A DNA stretch of 45,856 nucleotides from Bacteroidota bacterium (GTDB lineage Bacteria; Bacteroidota; Bacteroidia; Chitinophagales; Saprospiraceae), in assembly GCA_039817625.1 (NCBI GenBank), contig JBCBVN010000001.1, positions 1 to 45,856 on the forward strand. Reading direction: 5' to 3'. A program made the position numbers and the translations under genes. A model generated the notes under the pieces. It did not search any database. It saw nothing but the letters and a program-made list of their open reading frames with translations, and was not told where the DNA came from. Below are positions 8,905-18,496 of this stretch, one piece after another (positions within the stretch are counted from its first letter, which is position 1; every line of letters starts with the position of its first letter).

Positions 8905-9408
8905 CTATCCGAAAAGATTGCCGAGACCGCTGCCGCCGAGCAAGTCTTTAGCTTTGTTCAAGAGTCCTCCGGCATCGAGACCAAGGGCGCCCATGACGCT
9001 ACCTTCGTCTATGTCGTCGGTGTCTCCATGGCTTTGAGCCGCACCACCCAATTTGTTGAGGATCATGGGCAAGGCTAAGCCCGATACTTGACTAGCCAGA
9101 CCTTCGGATAGGCCCAGGCTCGAAGTTGCTTTGTTGATAAAGTTGCCTGCGATGCTTTTGTATACCATATTTTGAGCCAGGTCAGCAAGTCCGCCGCCAC
9201 TGCTGCTTTGCCCCATACCTACTGCACCTTTGAGCATGTCTAAGACACCACCAACATTGCCGCCGGCAACTGCACCGGTAATTCCGCTGGTGATGGCATC
9301 CTTAGCAACTGGAAATAATCCGGTAGCCTGCTCGGCATTGAGTTCCGTTTGGCCTGTTAGTGATGAAGTGAATTGGCTCTGTAAGCCGGAAAGGAGTTGA
9401 TCCAACAT
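8905..9408 (-). CDS. Gly/Leu-rich hypothetical protein (DUF937-like)
   Basis: ATG 9408 (MLDQLLSG...), ends LLGGSGLGNLFG; family assignment by resemblance only. Confidence 0.6.
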   Translation of the reverse strand: MLDQLLSGLQSQFTSSLTGQTELNAEQATGLFPVAKDAITSGITGAVAGGNVGGVLDMLKGAVGMGQSSSGGGLADLAQNMVYKSIAGNFINKATSSLGLSEGLASQVSGLALPMILNKLGGAAQSHGDTDDIDEGSVMGALGLDAGGLLNKAKDLLGGSGLGNLFG

Positions 9409-9707
9409 GTATGTTTTCTTTAGTTCTGTGGTATGACGTAAAAATATGGTTTTGGACACACCTTTCTCTGTCTGTCATCTCTTTCTTTCTCGTTTCTGGT
9501 TTCAAAAGCTACGTGAAAGTATTTTGGCTTCTATGCATTGGCTGTTCGGTGTTTGAGAATAGGGTGGCGTGCAAGTATTGTTTTTTCTTAATCTGTATTA
9601 ATGCGTATTCGCTCTTTCACCTTTATGTTCGCATACATATTAACGTGAGAACATGGTGATTTTAGATAAGAATTGCTATTTCTTCTTTTAAAAACAACAG
9701 AATAATT

Positions 9708-10085
9708 ATGGCGTCTAAACTAACTGACATTAAGGAAAAGTTCCAAACTCTTCTAGATGAGACCAAGGCCAAAATGGAGCAGAGTAGAGAAAGAGCGAAG
9801 GCATCTGCCGAAGAAAGTAAAGAGAAAATGAGTGGCCAGCTAGATAAGGTGAAATCTTATTTTGAGGATGCTCGAGCCAGGGCTATGGATAAAAAAGAAG
9901 AGATGCAGGCAAGTGTTGCAGAGTATAAAGCGGATAGAAATGCAAAGAGAGCAGCCAAAAGAGCAGAGCGGGCAGAAGACTATGCACTAGCTTGTATTCA
10001 AATGGTAGAGGCTGCTTTGGTAGAAGCCGATTACGCCATTGCTGAAGCCATAGTTGCAGCAGCTGAGGCAGAGGAATTAAGCTAG
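9708..10085 (+). CDS. Ala/Glu/Lys-rich coiled-coil hypothetical protein
   Basis: 125-aa all-helical composition; A-rich start context. Confidence 0.7.
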   Translation: MASKLTDIKEKFQTLLDETKAKMEQSRERAKASAEESKEKMSGQLDKVKSYFEDARARAMDKKEEMQASVAEYKADRNAKRAAKRAERAEDYALACIQMVEAALVEADYAIAEAIVAAAEAEELS

Positions 10086-10105
10086 AATGATCATTTGTAC
10101 TAGAA

Positions 10106-10828
10106 ATGAATAACAATTTTTTAGAGTCCATACCCAAAATCACTAGGGTATTACTCGTAACTAATGTTGTAATGTTCATCGTAGTACAGATTTTTCCCAG
10201 CCTGAATCGGCTGCTTGCTCTGTATTACTTTGAAAGCCCGTTATTTCAACCGCACCAGATTGCTACACATATATTTATGCATTCGGGCCTTACTCATTTG
10301 CTATTTAATATGTACGCACTTGTAGTTTTTGGGAGTGCAGTAGAGAATAAGATTGCCGGAAATCAATACTTGTTCTTATACTTCTTTTCAGCCCTTGGAG
10401 CCTTTTTGTTACATATGGGGGTAGTGTGGTTTCAGCTATCTGATGTGCCCCAAGAAGTTATCTCTCAAATGCAAACTCAAGGAGCCGAACTATTGACAAG
10501 TAACAGGAATTACGTTGATGCCTATCTCAGTGAAGTCAATTTAGATTTGAACCGAGCCATCGTTGGAGCATCTGGAGCTATTATGGGTGTACTAGCTGCA
10601 TTTGCTTACTATTTTCCCAATACTGAGTTGAGGCTCATTTTCTTTCCTGTACCGATTAAGGCTAAATACTTTGTCCCGATCTATATGGTCATAGAGCTAT
10701 TTCTGGGCGTGAACAACTTTGAATGGGATAACATCGCACATTTTGCACACTTGGGCGGAGCCATTTTCGGCTTTATCGCTGTTGCGATCATCTCAAAGGA
10801 TGAGTGGAAAAGTCAAGATTCTAGTTGA
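10106..10828 (+). CDS. Rhomboid-family intramembrane serine protease
   Basis: HIFMH..HLLFNM, catalytic VGASGA, AHFAHLGG. Confidence 0.93.
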   Translation: MNNNFLESIPKITRVLLVTNVVMFIVVQIFPSLNRLLALYYFESPLFQPHQIATHIFMHSGLTHLLFNMYALVVFGSAVENKIAGNQYLFLYFFSALGAFLLHMGVVWFQLSDVPQEVISQMQTQGAELLTSNRNYVDAYLSEVNLDLNRAIVGASGAIMGVLAAFAYYFPNTELRLIFFPVPIKAKYFVPIYMVIELFLGVNNFEWDNIAHFAHLGGAIFGFIAVAIISKDEWKSQDSS

Positions 10829-10915
10829 TCATTTCTGCCTTCCTCAAATGCTTGTAGATCGAGTCTACAATCTTACTAAACTTTTTCTGCTCTTGGTTCT
10901 TTTCGCGAATCTTCC

Positions 10916-10923
10916 TATCTTTG
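10916..10923 (+). promoter_or_regulatory. Bacteroidota sigma -7 box for rpmE2
   Basis: TATCTTTG matches TAnnTTTG, 21 nt upstream of the ATG. Confidence 0.7.
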
Positions 10924-10944
10924 CGCTCCCAAAAGAAATAGGCA

Positions 10945-11214
10945 ATGAAAAAGGATATCCATCCCGAACAGTATCGCACCGTTATCTTCCAGGACATTTC
11001 TGCTAATGAGTCTTGGCTGGGGCGTTCATGTGCCAACTCTCGTGATACCATCACTTGGGAAGATGGCAATGAGTATCCGCTTATCAAGCTGGAGATTTCA
11101 AACTTGTCTCACCCGTTCTTTACTGGCAAGATGAAGTTTGTTGACACCGCTGGTCGTATCGATAAGTTCAACAAGAAATTTGGTAAGAGCCGCTTCGCCA
11201 AGAGCGACAAGTAA
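10945..11214 (+). CDS. rpmE2: 50S ribosomal protein L31 type B
   Basis: [11 protein letters not shown]...[31 protein letters not shown]; no CxxC zinc motifs. Confidence 0.96.
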   Translation: MKKDIHPEQYRTVIFQDISANESWLGRSCANSRDTITWEDGNEYPLIKLEISNLSHPFFTGKMKFVDTAGRIDKFNKKFGKSRFAKSDK

Positions 11215-11236
11215 TTCCTACCTATTTACTCTTCAG

Positions 11237-11270
11237 GAGCCCGTGAAATGCAGCATTTCACGGGCTCTTT
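11237..11270. terminator. Terminator hairpin between convergent genes
   Basis: GAGCCCGTGAAATGC-A-GCATTTCACGGGCTC then TTT. Confidence 0.85.
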
Positions 11271-11274
11271 CATT

Positions 11275-12381
11275 TTATGCAAAAAGGCTGCTGAGGTCAA
11301 CATGCTCTTTGACCAACTCAATGGCGCGCCTGATCTTCCAGGGGGTACGCAGGTTGATCTTGACTTCCATACGGTTGATTTTAACAGCTGCTGCATAGGA
11401 ATCCATATCTGTAACGATCAGTGGTATTTTGTGCTTATCAAGAAATTCGCGGTGTGGAATGATTTCTTCCAGCTCTGACTTCAGCATTTCGTGCTCGCGC
11501 ACAGTAACCACAACCCCGGACAGAATATCTTCAGGGAGCTTATTCTGCTCAATTTGATTGGCCACATTCTCCAATGTATTTTCTAATCGCGACCAGCCTG
11601 TCACGATAACCGAGTTTGGCTGTGCTCGCAATTCTTCCTGTTGTAAAAGCACCCCACTGGCTATGTTTTCAGCGCGGTTGTCCAGGCGATCTTTATTGAT
11701 GAGGGTCACTCCTCTTACCGCATGCCTGATGGTGGCCATAATTGGGCTTGAGAGGCTTTTGTCGTATGGTAATACACCCAGCAGTGGGATGCCGATTTTG
11801 TCGAGGTATTTGCCAACGTATTTCCTGACTTTATCGATCTTCTTAGGCAAGACCTTATTCAGGATGACTCCCCGCACCGGAACCCGACGCTCTCTAAACA
11901 AAGCAAGATTCATGTTGAGCATATCTATGGTCTTGCCAATGCCTCCTTCCACTACCATAACGACAGGAGCAGAGAGCAACTGAGCTACTTGTGCATTACT
12001 GACATCACAAACACTTCCCACACCAGGGTGCCCGGTTCCTTCATAGACGATTGTGTCGTAGGTAGACTGCAGATGCCTACTCGCCTTCTGTATGGCAGAG
12101 GGAAAGTCAAACTGACCTGGGTCTTCCAGGTACTGACTAGTTACCCCACGGCCAATGATAACCGGGCTGTGCCATTCCGCCTTTAGTTCAAAGTTGTTGC
12201 TTCGTGCGAATAGGAGGGCATCTTTGTCTACTTTCAATTCCCCCAGATCTACGAATTGCTGCCCGACGGGCTTGCAGTATCCAACATTGATGCCGCGCTC
12301 TTTTATGGCCGCCATCAACCCCAGGGTGCTTGTGGTTTTACCTACATGTTGGCTGGTGGCCGCTATGTACAATCTATCCAT
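11275..12381 (-). CDS. Stand-alone BioD-like/DRTGG-type P-loop protein (phosphotransacetylase N-terminal-like)
   Basis: TSQHVGKTT Walker A, GYCKPVGQ, YEGTGHPGVGS, GVILNKV, LLGVLPYD. Confidence 0.8.
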   Translation of the reverse strand: MDRLYIAATSQHVGKTTSTLGLMAAIKERGINVGYCKPVGQQFVDLGELKVDKDALLFARSNNFELKAEWHSPVIIGRGVTSQYLEDPGQFDFPSAIQKASRHLQSTYDTIVYEGTGHPGVGSVCDVSNAQVAQLLSAPVVMVVEGGIGKTIDMLNMNLALFRERRVPVRGVILNKVLPKKIDKVRKYVGKYLDKIGIPLLGVLPYDKSLSSPIMATIRHAVRGVTLINKDRLDNRAENIASGVLLQQEELRAQPNSVIVTGWSRLENTLENVANQIEQNKLPEDILSGVVVTVREHEMLKSELEEIIPHREFLDKHKIPLIVTDMDSYAAAVKINRMEVKINLRTPWKIRRAIELVKEHVDLSSLFA

Positions 12382-12426
12382 TGGTTGGGCTTTTTAAGTT
12401 TGATTAAATGTCGCATTTTTGGCCAT

Positions 12427-14244
12427 ATGGCACAACTCTCCTCTTCTTATCGCCTGCGAGGCGGTTTGGTTTTCATTTTGCTGAGTTTAATTGCGGCCGC
12501 AAGCATGTATTTGCGCTTTCAGGCAGAGTTGTTGTGGGGCTGGCGACCGCTGGTCCTTTTTCTGGGACTTTTTATCGGGTGGCAGCTCATCCTGTCCAGA
12601 CGTCCGAGCCGGATGACACCCTCGGGCGATAAAAACCGGATGTTGGCGCTATTGGGCGGATTGCTGTTGGGCCTGGGTTATCCGGGCTATCTTCCTTACC
12701 CCATTCTTCTATTTGTGGCCTGGGTCCCACTATTGTTGCTCCAAAGGCGGTTGGCTCAGCAAGAAGCCAGTGGCCTTCGCGTATTTGGCTTTGGGTATGC
12801 AGCTTTCCTGCTGTTTAATATCATCTCCACCTGGTGGGTTTCCAATACGGGCTTAGTAGCCGGATTATTTCCCGTCTTAGTCAATCCGCTACTTATGGCC
12901 TTGCCGTGGTTGCTGTTTGACCGAGTCAGCAGGCGGCTGCCCAAAGTGTCGGGACTTGCATTTATAGCGCCCTGGCTCACCTTTGAATACCTGCATTATC
13001 GATGGGATCTGAGCTGGCCCTGGCTGGATATGGGAAATGGCCTGGCCCAAAACCCCTGGATGGCTCAATGGTACGAGTATACCGGCACAGGAGGGGGAAG
13101 TTTGTGGATATTGCTGTTTAACTACTTGCTTTTTACAGTAGTTTACTCAAACCGGGACGCAGCAAAGCTTCAACCCGCGGCAGTCCCCCAAAGGATAAAA
13201 CCGGTATGGAGTAAAGTGGGGCTGTTTGCTTTATTTGTACTTCCGCAGGTCGTTAGTCTGCTCATTTATCGGTCTGTAGACACCCAATCAGGAACATCGG
13301 TCTCGGTAGTAGCAGTGAATTTGAATGCCGAGCCGCATTTCGAAAAATTTGGAGCCGGATCTCAGCGCGCAGCCGTCGATACAGCCGGGTTTTTGATGGG
13401 ACGAGCCCTCGCTGAAAGCGAAGATGTCATCGACTATTTCTTATTGCCCGAAACATCTTTTGGGCGCATACGCGAGAATCGACCACTGGAGGAAGGTAGT
13501 TTTAACCGACTATTGAATCTGCTGCCGACCGATAAGTTTCGATATCTGTTTACCGGCTTTAGTGGGTTTTACGAATTCAGGCCCGACGAGTTTGTTACTC
13601 CGGCTGTTCGCTACTCCGGCGATCGCGCATACGAAGCCCTGAACGCCGCCATTCAGATTGGAACCTACGATCTAAGGCCGCAGACCTACAGGAAGGGTGT
13701 CTTTGTTCCAGGAGCTGAGAGTCTACCGTTTTCAAAGGCACTGGGTTTTCTTCGGCCAATCTTAGAATCGACCGCCATCAGTCTGGGCGGGTTCGGCACT
13801 CAGGAGGAGCGAAACTCACTGGAAGGGGTAGCTCGGATTGCGCCAGTCATTTGCTATGAAGGTGTCTTTGGCGAGTATTTCACCGATTACATTACTGAAG
13901 GAGAAGCGCAGGCAGCATTTATCATGACCAATGATGGCTGGTGGGATAATACGCCTGGCCATAAACAGCATTTGTGGATTCACAGCCTCCGGGCTATAGA
14001 AACGCGGAGGGCTATGGCCAGGGCGGCCAATCTTGGGCACTGTGCCTTCATCAATGCTCGTGGAGATGTGACTTCCAGAACGGAGTACAATAAAATGGGC
14101 TATCTGAAAGGTGAGGTCCAGCTACGGGAGGAGATTACCTGGTATGTGAAGCGCGGAGATCAAATTGGTCGGGTAGCGGGTTTGCTGACCATTATGCTGG
14201 TGCTAAGCTGGGTGGCCAATATGGTTAGAGGGAGGAACATGTGA
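12427..14244 (+). CDS. lnt: Apolipoprotein N-acyltransferase
   Basis: Multi-TM N-terminus with WPW motif; nitrilase triad LPET / YRKGVFVPGAE / ICYE; TNDGWW; ATG 12427 avoids overlap with the upstream divergent gene. Confidence 0.93.
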   Translation: MAQLSSSYRLRGGLVFILLSLIAAASMYLRFQAELLWGWRPLVLFLGLFIGWQLILSRRPSRMTPSGDKNRMLALLGGLLLGLGYPGYLPYPILLFVAWVPLLLLQRRLAQQEASGLRVFGFGYAAFLLFNIISTWWVSNTGLVAGLFPVLVNPLLMALPWLLFDRVSRRLPKVSGLAFIAPWLTFEYLHYRWDLSWPWLDMGNGLAQNPWMAQWYEYTGTGGGSLWILLFNYLLFTVVYSNRDAAKLQPAAVPQRIKPVWSKVGLFALFVLPQVVSLLIYRSVDTQSGTSVSVVAVNLNAEPHFEKFGAGSQRAAVDTAGFLMGRALAESEDVIDYFLLPETSFGRIRENRPLEEGSFNRLLNLLPTDKFRYLFTGFSGFYEFRPDEFVTPAVRYSGDRAYEALNAAIQIGTYDLRPQTYRKGVFVPGAESLPFSKALGFLRPILESTAISLGGFGTQEERNSLEGVARIAPVICYEGVFGEYFTDYITEGEAQAAFIMTNDGWWDNTPGHKQHLWIHSLRAIETRRAMARAANLGHCAFINARGDVTSRTEYNKMGYLKGEVQLREEITWYVKRGDQIGRVAGLLTIMLVLSWVANMVRGRNM

Positions 14245-14250
14245 AATAAA

Positions 14251-14304
14251 TATTGTTCTGGTTTAAGAACAATAAAATGATTTAAACGTTCCTTTTCGAG
14301 AACG
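14251..14304. promoter_or_regulatory. Paired GTTC-N8-GAAC palindromes (putative operators)
   Basis: TATTGTTCTGGTTTAAGAACAATA (14251-14274) and CGTTCCTTTTCGAGAACG (14287-14304). Confidence 0.5.
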
Positions 14305-14312
14305 ATTTAAAT

Positions 14313-15554
14313 ATGCAATACCTCTTTGATCGTCACCAATCCATGCTCAGGACGGTAGAAAATCTTAAATCCCGTCCTCTGTCAGAGCATATAGCCTGGG
14401 AAAATCCATTTAATGCTCTTTTGGGCAGTAGAGGCGTAGGGAAAACGACTCTTCTTCTACAACGCATCATACAATTAGGACTTCCTCCTCATGAGTCTCT
14501 TTACATAGAATTGGGCGATCTCTACTTTCAGGAATATCGACTTCAGGACTTCATTCGCCAATTCGTCGAAGGAGGTGGTAAGTACCTTTTTATTGACGAA
14601 GTGCACAGGTATGGCTATGGTAGTTGGGCGCAGGAAATCAAGCAAGCTTATGATCTGTATCACAGGGAGCTAAAGCTAACTTTCACTGGTTCATCGGCGA
14701 TCAGGATATTAAAGGAAAAGGCTGATCTATCTCGTAGAGTATTGCAGCATCGTATTCCAGGTCTATCATTTAGGGAATACTTGTGGTTGTCGGAGAAGAA
14801 AACACTCCCAATACTAAGTCTGAAAGAAATATTAAACGACCATGATAAGTTGGCCAATGAACTTATTGGTGACTATAAGTTAAAACCAATAGCAAAGCTT
14901 TCAGATTATTACAAGTTTGGCTACTACCCAATTTACCTTCATGAGCCTCAGGGATACTTGGCCAAGTTAAATAGCATGATAGAGTTGGTGCTAGAGGCTG
15001 ACTTACCTAAAGTGATCGATCAGGGTACAGCACCATATCAAGCGTTAGGTAGGTTGCTTTTTGCAATAGCATCTTCTGCCCCTTTTACACCAAATACAAG
15101 CAAGCTAGCTTCAAGACTCGGTATAAATCGAGCGACACTAGTCAGATATCTAGACATACTCGATCGTGCCGATCTTACTATTTCTCTTCGGAAAGCAGGT
15201 AAGGGTGTATCTACGCTAGCGAAACCAGATAAGTTGTATCTAAACAACACCAATCTCCTATATGCACTTTCTCCACACTCGAGTAATTTAGGGACGCTCA
15301 GGGAGACTTTCTTTCTCAATCAGTTGCGTTATTTGACATATGAGAATCACCTATTACCTCCTGAGGTCAGACTGCCAAAGAAAGGAGACTTTCTATTGCA
15401 AACTCGATCTAATGACTTCTTATTTGAAGTAGGAGGTAGAAACAAGACGCTAACTCAGATTGGAGAAGAGGAACATCACTATGCAGTTGTTGATCGAGAA
15501 TTCTCACATCAGAAGAATCGGATTCCGCTCTGGTTGTTTGGAATGTTATATTAA
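14313..15554 (+). CDS. AAA+ ATPase (AAA_14 / DUF4143-like)
   Basis: GSRGVGKTT, LFIDEVH, FTGSS, DLSRR, GYYP, wHTH-like KLASRLGINRATLVRYL, KPDKLYL, C-terminal DF...FEVGG. Confidence 0.88.
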   Translation: MQYLFDRHQSMLRTVENLKSRPLSEHIAWENPFNALLGSRGVGKTTLLLQRIIQLGLPPHESLYIELGDLYFQEYRLQDFIRQFVEGGGKYLFIDEVHRYGYGSWAQEIKQAYDLYHRELKLTFTGSSAIRILKEKADLSRRVLQHRIPGLSFREYLWLSEKKTLPILSLKEILNDHDKLANELIGDYKLKPIAKLSDYYKFGYYPIYLHEPQGYLAKLNSMIELVLEADLPKVIDQGTAPYQALGRLLFAIASSAPFTPNTSKLASRLGINRATLVRYLDILDRADLTISLRKAGKGVSTLAKPDKLYLNNTNLLYALSPHSSNLGTLRETFFLNQLRYLTYENHLLPPEVRLPKKGDFLLQTRSNDFLFEVGGRNKTLTQIGEEEHHYAVVDREFSHQKNRIPLWLFGMLY

Positions 15555-15633
15555 GACATTCTTTAACCCGAAACTTGAGTTTTCTGGAACAGACCCATAG
15601 AATTTATCGAACCTATATTCGTTCTTTTAGCCG

Positions 15634-17394
15634 ATGATTCTCTACCTCCGCGTTGTTGTGTGTGCACTTGCTGTCATTGCGAGTGGAAATGCCCTTGTAG
15701 GTCAGATAGAGTTGTTTGTGGAGGGTGAAGACTTTGAGCTTAAAGAGCAGAATGTTTCATTCGAGGATACATCCGGTATATACAACTTCCTTCAAACCTG
15801 GATTGAAGAGCAGCGTCTGGAAGCTCACTGGGAGGCATCAGTCGATTCGCTTTACCAGCTTGATTCTGTAACCTGGAAAACGGAACTGTATAAAGGGCCG
15901 GCCTACAAGTGGGAGCGATTGGGTATCGATAGTATTCCCAGGTCTTGGCTTCAAAGATCTGGTTATAGGCGGCGAAACTTCAGGAATCGGGTGCTCGATC
16001 ACAACGCCTGGGTGGAATTGCGAGACAGCCTGGTTGTTTTTGCCGCTCGAGATGGTTATCCATTTGCATCTGTCGGGCTTGGAAGTGTTTTGTGGTCGGC
16101 ACCTGGGCGCTTGTCGGCAGATATCAGTTTAGATACTGGTCCATTGATTACGATCGGCGAGTTGCGCATTCCGGAAAGTGCGCGGGTAAAAGCGCGATTT
16201 TTAGAGCGGTATCTGGGCTTGCAAGAAGGAACGGTTTATAATGAGCGTCGCATCAGGCGCCTTCCTGATTTGCTGAGGCAACTGCCCTATCTTCAGTTGA
16301 AGGGCTCGCCAAAGATCAGCTTTCAAAGCGATCAGGCTATCATAGAGCTTCCCATAGACCGCAAGCCCGCCAGCCGATTCGACTTTGTGATCGGCGTGCT
16401 ACCCAATGCTACCCCTGAGGGTGGTCTACTCATTACGGGTGAGGTGAATGCGGAGCTACAAAACGGACTTGGTACCGGCGAGCGGATAGCCGTGCGCTTT
16501 GAGCAGCTTCAGCCCAGAACTCAGGAGCTGGACGTACAACTGGAGTTCCCCTATCCGCTAGATCTTCCGTTCGATCTCAATTTGGGAACGGAAATCTTTC
16601 GGCGAGACACCCAATTCATTAATCTGGGTTGGCGAATTGGCGGAGCCTATCGCTGGCAGGCTGATAATCAAGTTCAAGTCTTCTGGGTCAACAGGCGAAC
16701 CAACCTGCTCGGTATCAACGCTCAGCAATTATTAGCTAGCCAGCGCTTGCCCGATACGCTCGATTTGAGGCGAAACCTCTTTGGGTTTAAGCTGAACCGA
16801 AGGTTGCTCGATCGCCGGTTTGCTCCTCGTCGCGGTGAAGATCTGAGTTTGAGTATAGCCGCAGGCACCAGACGAATTAGAAGAAATGGGCGTATTGAAG
16901 AACTGGGATTGGGCGAGTTATATGATAGCCTTCAAACCCGCGGAAGTACCATACAGCTAGAAACCGATTTACTGCTATACAGACCGGGGCCCTGGGGCAC
17001 AGTTATTTATGGCGCACTGCGGGCTGGCGCTTTACTCGGAGAAGCAGAGGTTTATCCCAGTGAACAGTACCGACTGGGTGGCGCACAATTACTGAGGGGC
17101 TTTAATGAGCAACAGATATTTGCGTCCCGATTTGCACTGGCTACTTTAGAATGGCGGCTACCACTCGGGGGACAAGCCTTTTTATATGGATTTGGCGATT
17201 GGGCTTATATCGATGCGCGTACGGCAGCCGAGCCAGAGTTAGATGCCGACTTTCCACTAGGATTTGGTGCGGGTATAAATTTTGAAACCCGGGCCGGGGT
17301 ATTCGCCTTTAGTCTGGCACTTGGGCGCCGAACCGGAGAAAGGATTGACCTTGGCGCACCCAAGGTCCACTTTGGATACGTTTCGCTGTTTTAG
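15634..17394 (+). CDS. Omp85 (BamA/TamA-family) outer membrane protein
   Basis: POTRA-like GYPFA motif, YRLGG..LRGF, C-terminal beta-signal VHFGYVSLF. Confidence 0.85.
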   Translation: MILYLRVVVCALAVIASGNALVGQIELFVEGEDFELKEQNVSFEDTSGIYNFLQTWIEEQRLEAHWEASVDSLYQLDSVTWKTELYKGPAYKWERLGIDSIPRSWLQRSGYRRRNFRNRVLDHNAWVELRDSLVVFAARDGYPFASVGLGSVLWSAPGRLSADISLDTGPLITIGELRIPESARVKARFLERYLGLQEGTVYNERRIRRLPDLLRQLPYLQLKGSPKISFQSDQAIIELPIDRKPASRFDFVIGVLPNATPEGGLLITGEVNAELQNGLGTGERIAVRFEQLQPRTQELDVQLEFPYPLDLPFDLNLGTEIFRRDTQFINLGWRIGGAYRWQADNQVQVFWVNRRTNLLGINAQQLLASQRLPDTLDLRRNLFGFKLNRRLLDRRFAPRRGEDLSLSIAAGTRRIRRNGRIEELGLGELYDSLQTRGSTIQLETDLLLYRPGPWGTVIYGALRAGALLGEAEVYPSEQYRLGGAQLLRGFNEQQIFASRFALATLEWRLPLGGQAFLYGFGDWAYIDARTAAEPELDADFPLGFGAGINFETRAGVFAFSLALGRRTGERIDLGAPKVHFGYVSLF

Positions 17395-17480
17395 GGTGAG
17401 CTTTTCCTTTTCAACCTGCAAAGGGCTTCGTCGTATTTACAAGCCACTATTGTTTAGCGCCCAGGCTGTCGCTGTCATGT

Positions 17481-18263
17481 CTATAGACCACGCCCCGATG
17501 GTGCGGTACCCACTACGCGAGATTGTTTACTAACCGATTTGACCGTATGTGCCAGCTCAGGCAACCAGTCGGGCTTATCTTCCAACCCATTTCCAACTAC
17601 AATCAGGTCAGCCCCCGCCTCCAGTGTAGCCGCCGCAGTGGCCAGATCGCGGATGCCTCCACCCACGAAAATGGGGAGGTCTACCTCGGCTCGAACAGCT
17701 TCTATGGTAGCCGGAGAAATAGCCCTGGCTGCTCCACTACCCGCATCCAGGTAGATAAGCTTTAGCCCAAGTAGACTACCTGCCAGTGCAGTAGCAGCTG
17801 CTATGGCTGGCTTGTCTGCGGGGATGGGTTTAGTCTGGCTCATGTAGCTCACCGAAGTAGGAGCTCCGCCATCGATCAGCATATAGCCTGTGGGCATGAC
17901 TTCTAGCGAAGAACGCTTAATTCTGGCTGCACACTGCACATGTTGGCCAATCAGCAACTCGGGGTTTCTTCCCGAAATGAGCGATAAAAGCAGCAGCCCA
18001 TCGGCTTTGTCATTGAGTTGATACTGGCTGCCGGGAAATAGAATGACCGGCTTGTCAGTCAAGGCCTTGAGTAACGAGAGGTAATAATCGACTTGTGGTT
18101 GTTGTACCAAACTACCGCCCCAGAAAAAGTAGTCGATCAGGTCATTTTGCGCATGATTGGCCATGGCTTGAATGGCATCTCTATTGGTGCAATCCGGATC
18201 AATTAATACGGCAAGCTGCTTCCGACCCCTTGCTCTCGCCTCTTCCAGGCCTTGGTATATCAT
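17481..18263 (-). CDS. Geranylgeranylglyceryl/heptaprenylglyceryl phosphate synthase (PcrB family)
   Basis: AVLIDPD, GGS, ILFPG, SLISGRNPELLIGQH, PTGYMLIDGG, YLDAGSGA, VGGGI, VVGN. Confidence 0.93.
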   Translation of the reverse strand: MIYQGLEEARARGRKQLAVLIDPDCTNRDAIQAMANHAQNDLIDYFFWGGSLVQQPQVDYYLSLLKALTDKPVILFPGSQYQLNDKADGLLLLSLISGRNPELLIGQHVQCAARIKRSSLEVMPTGYMLIDGGAPTSVSYMSQTKPIPADKPAIAAATALAGSLLGLKLIYLDAGSGAARAISPATIEAVRAEVDLPIFVGGGIRDLATAAATLEAGADLIVVGNGLEDKPDWLPELAHTVKSVSKQSRVVGTAPSGRGL

Positions 18264-18321
18264 ATTCGTCTAGCTAGGTGACGACAATATAGGCCAAATA
18301 GCGGGAAATTGGGTAAACGAC

Positions 18322-18356
18322 AATCGCCGCTGGAAACATTGTTTTCAGCGGCGATT
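18322..18356 (-). terminator. Terminator hairpin downstream of the tRNA
   Basis: AATCGCCGCTGGAAAC-ATT-GTTTTCAGCGGCGATT, 16-bp stem with one mismatch. Confidence 0.75.
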
Positions 18357-18365
18357 AGACAATTG

Positions 18366-18449
18366 TGCTCAGAACAGGACTCGAACCTGCACGGCCTTGC
18401 GGCCACTAGCCCCTCAAGCTAGCGTGTCTACCAATTCCACCACCTGAGC
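18366..18449 (-). tRNA. tRNA-Leu(GAG)
   Basis: GCTCAGG acceptor stem, D-loop GGAATTGGTAGAC, anticodon arm CTAGC-TTGAGGG-GCTAG, long variable arm, GGTTCGAGTCC T-arm; CCA not encoded; TAATTTTG -7 box at 18468-18461. Confidence 0.97.
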
Positions 18450-18496
18450 TAAGAGGATCGCAAAATTAGGGAGAAAAGTTGAGTAGTGCTAGGGTA

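Noticed and set aside
12256-12426. N-terminal extension of lnt in the ORF track
   Set aside because: Overlaps the divergent gene's start; ATG 12427 is more plausible
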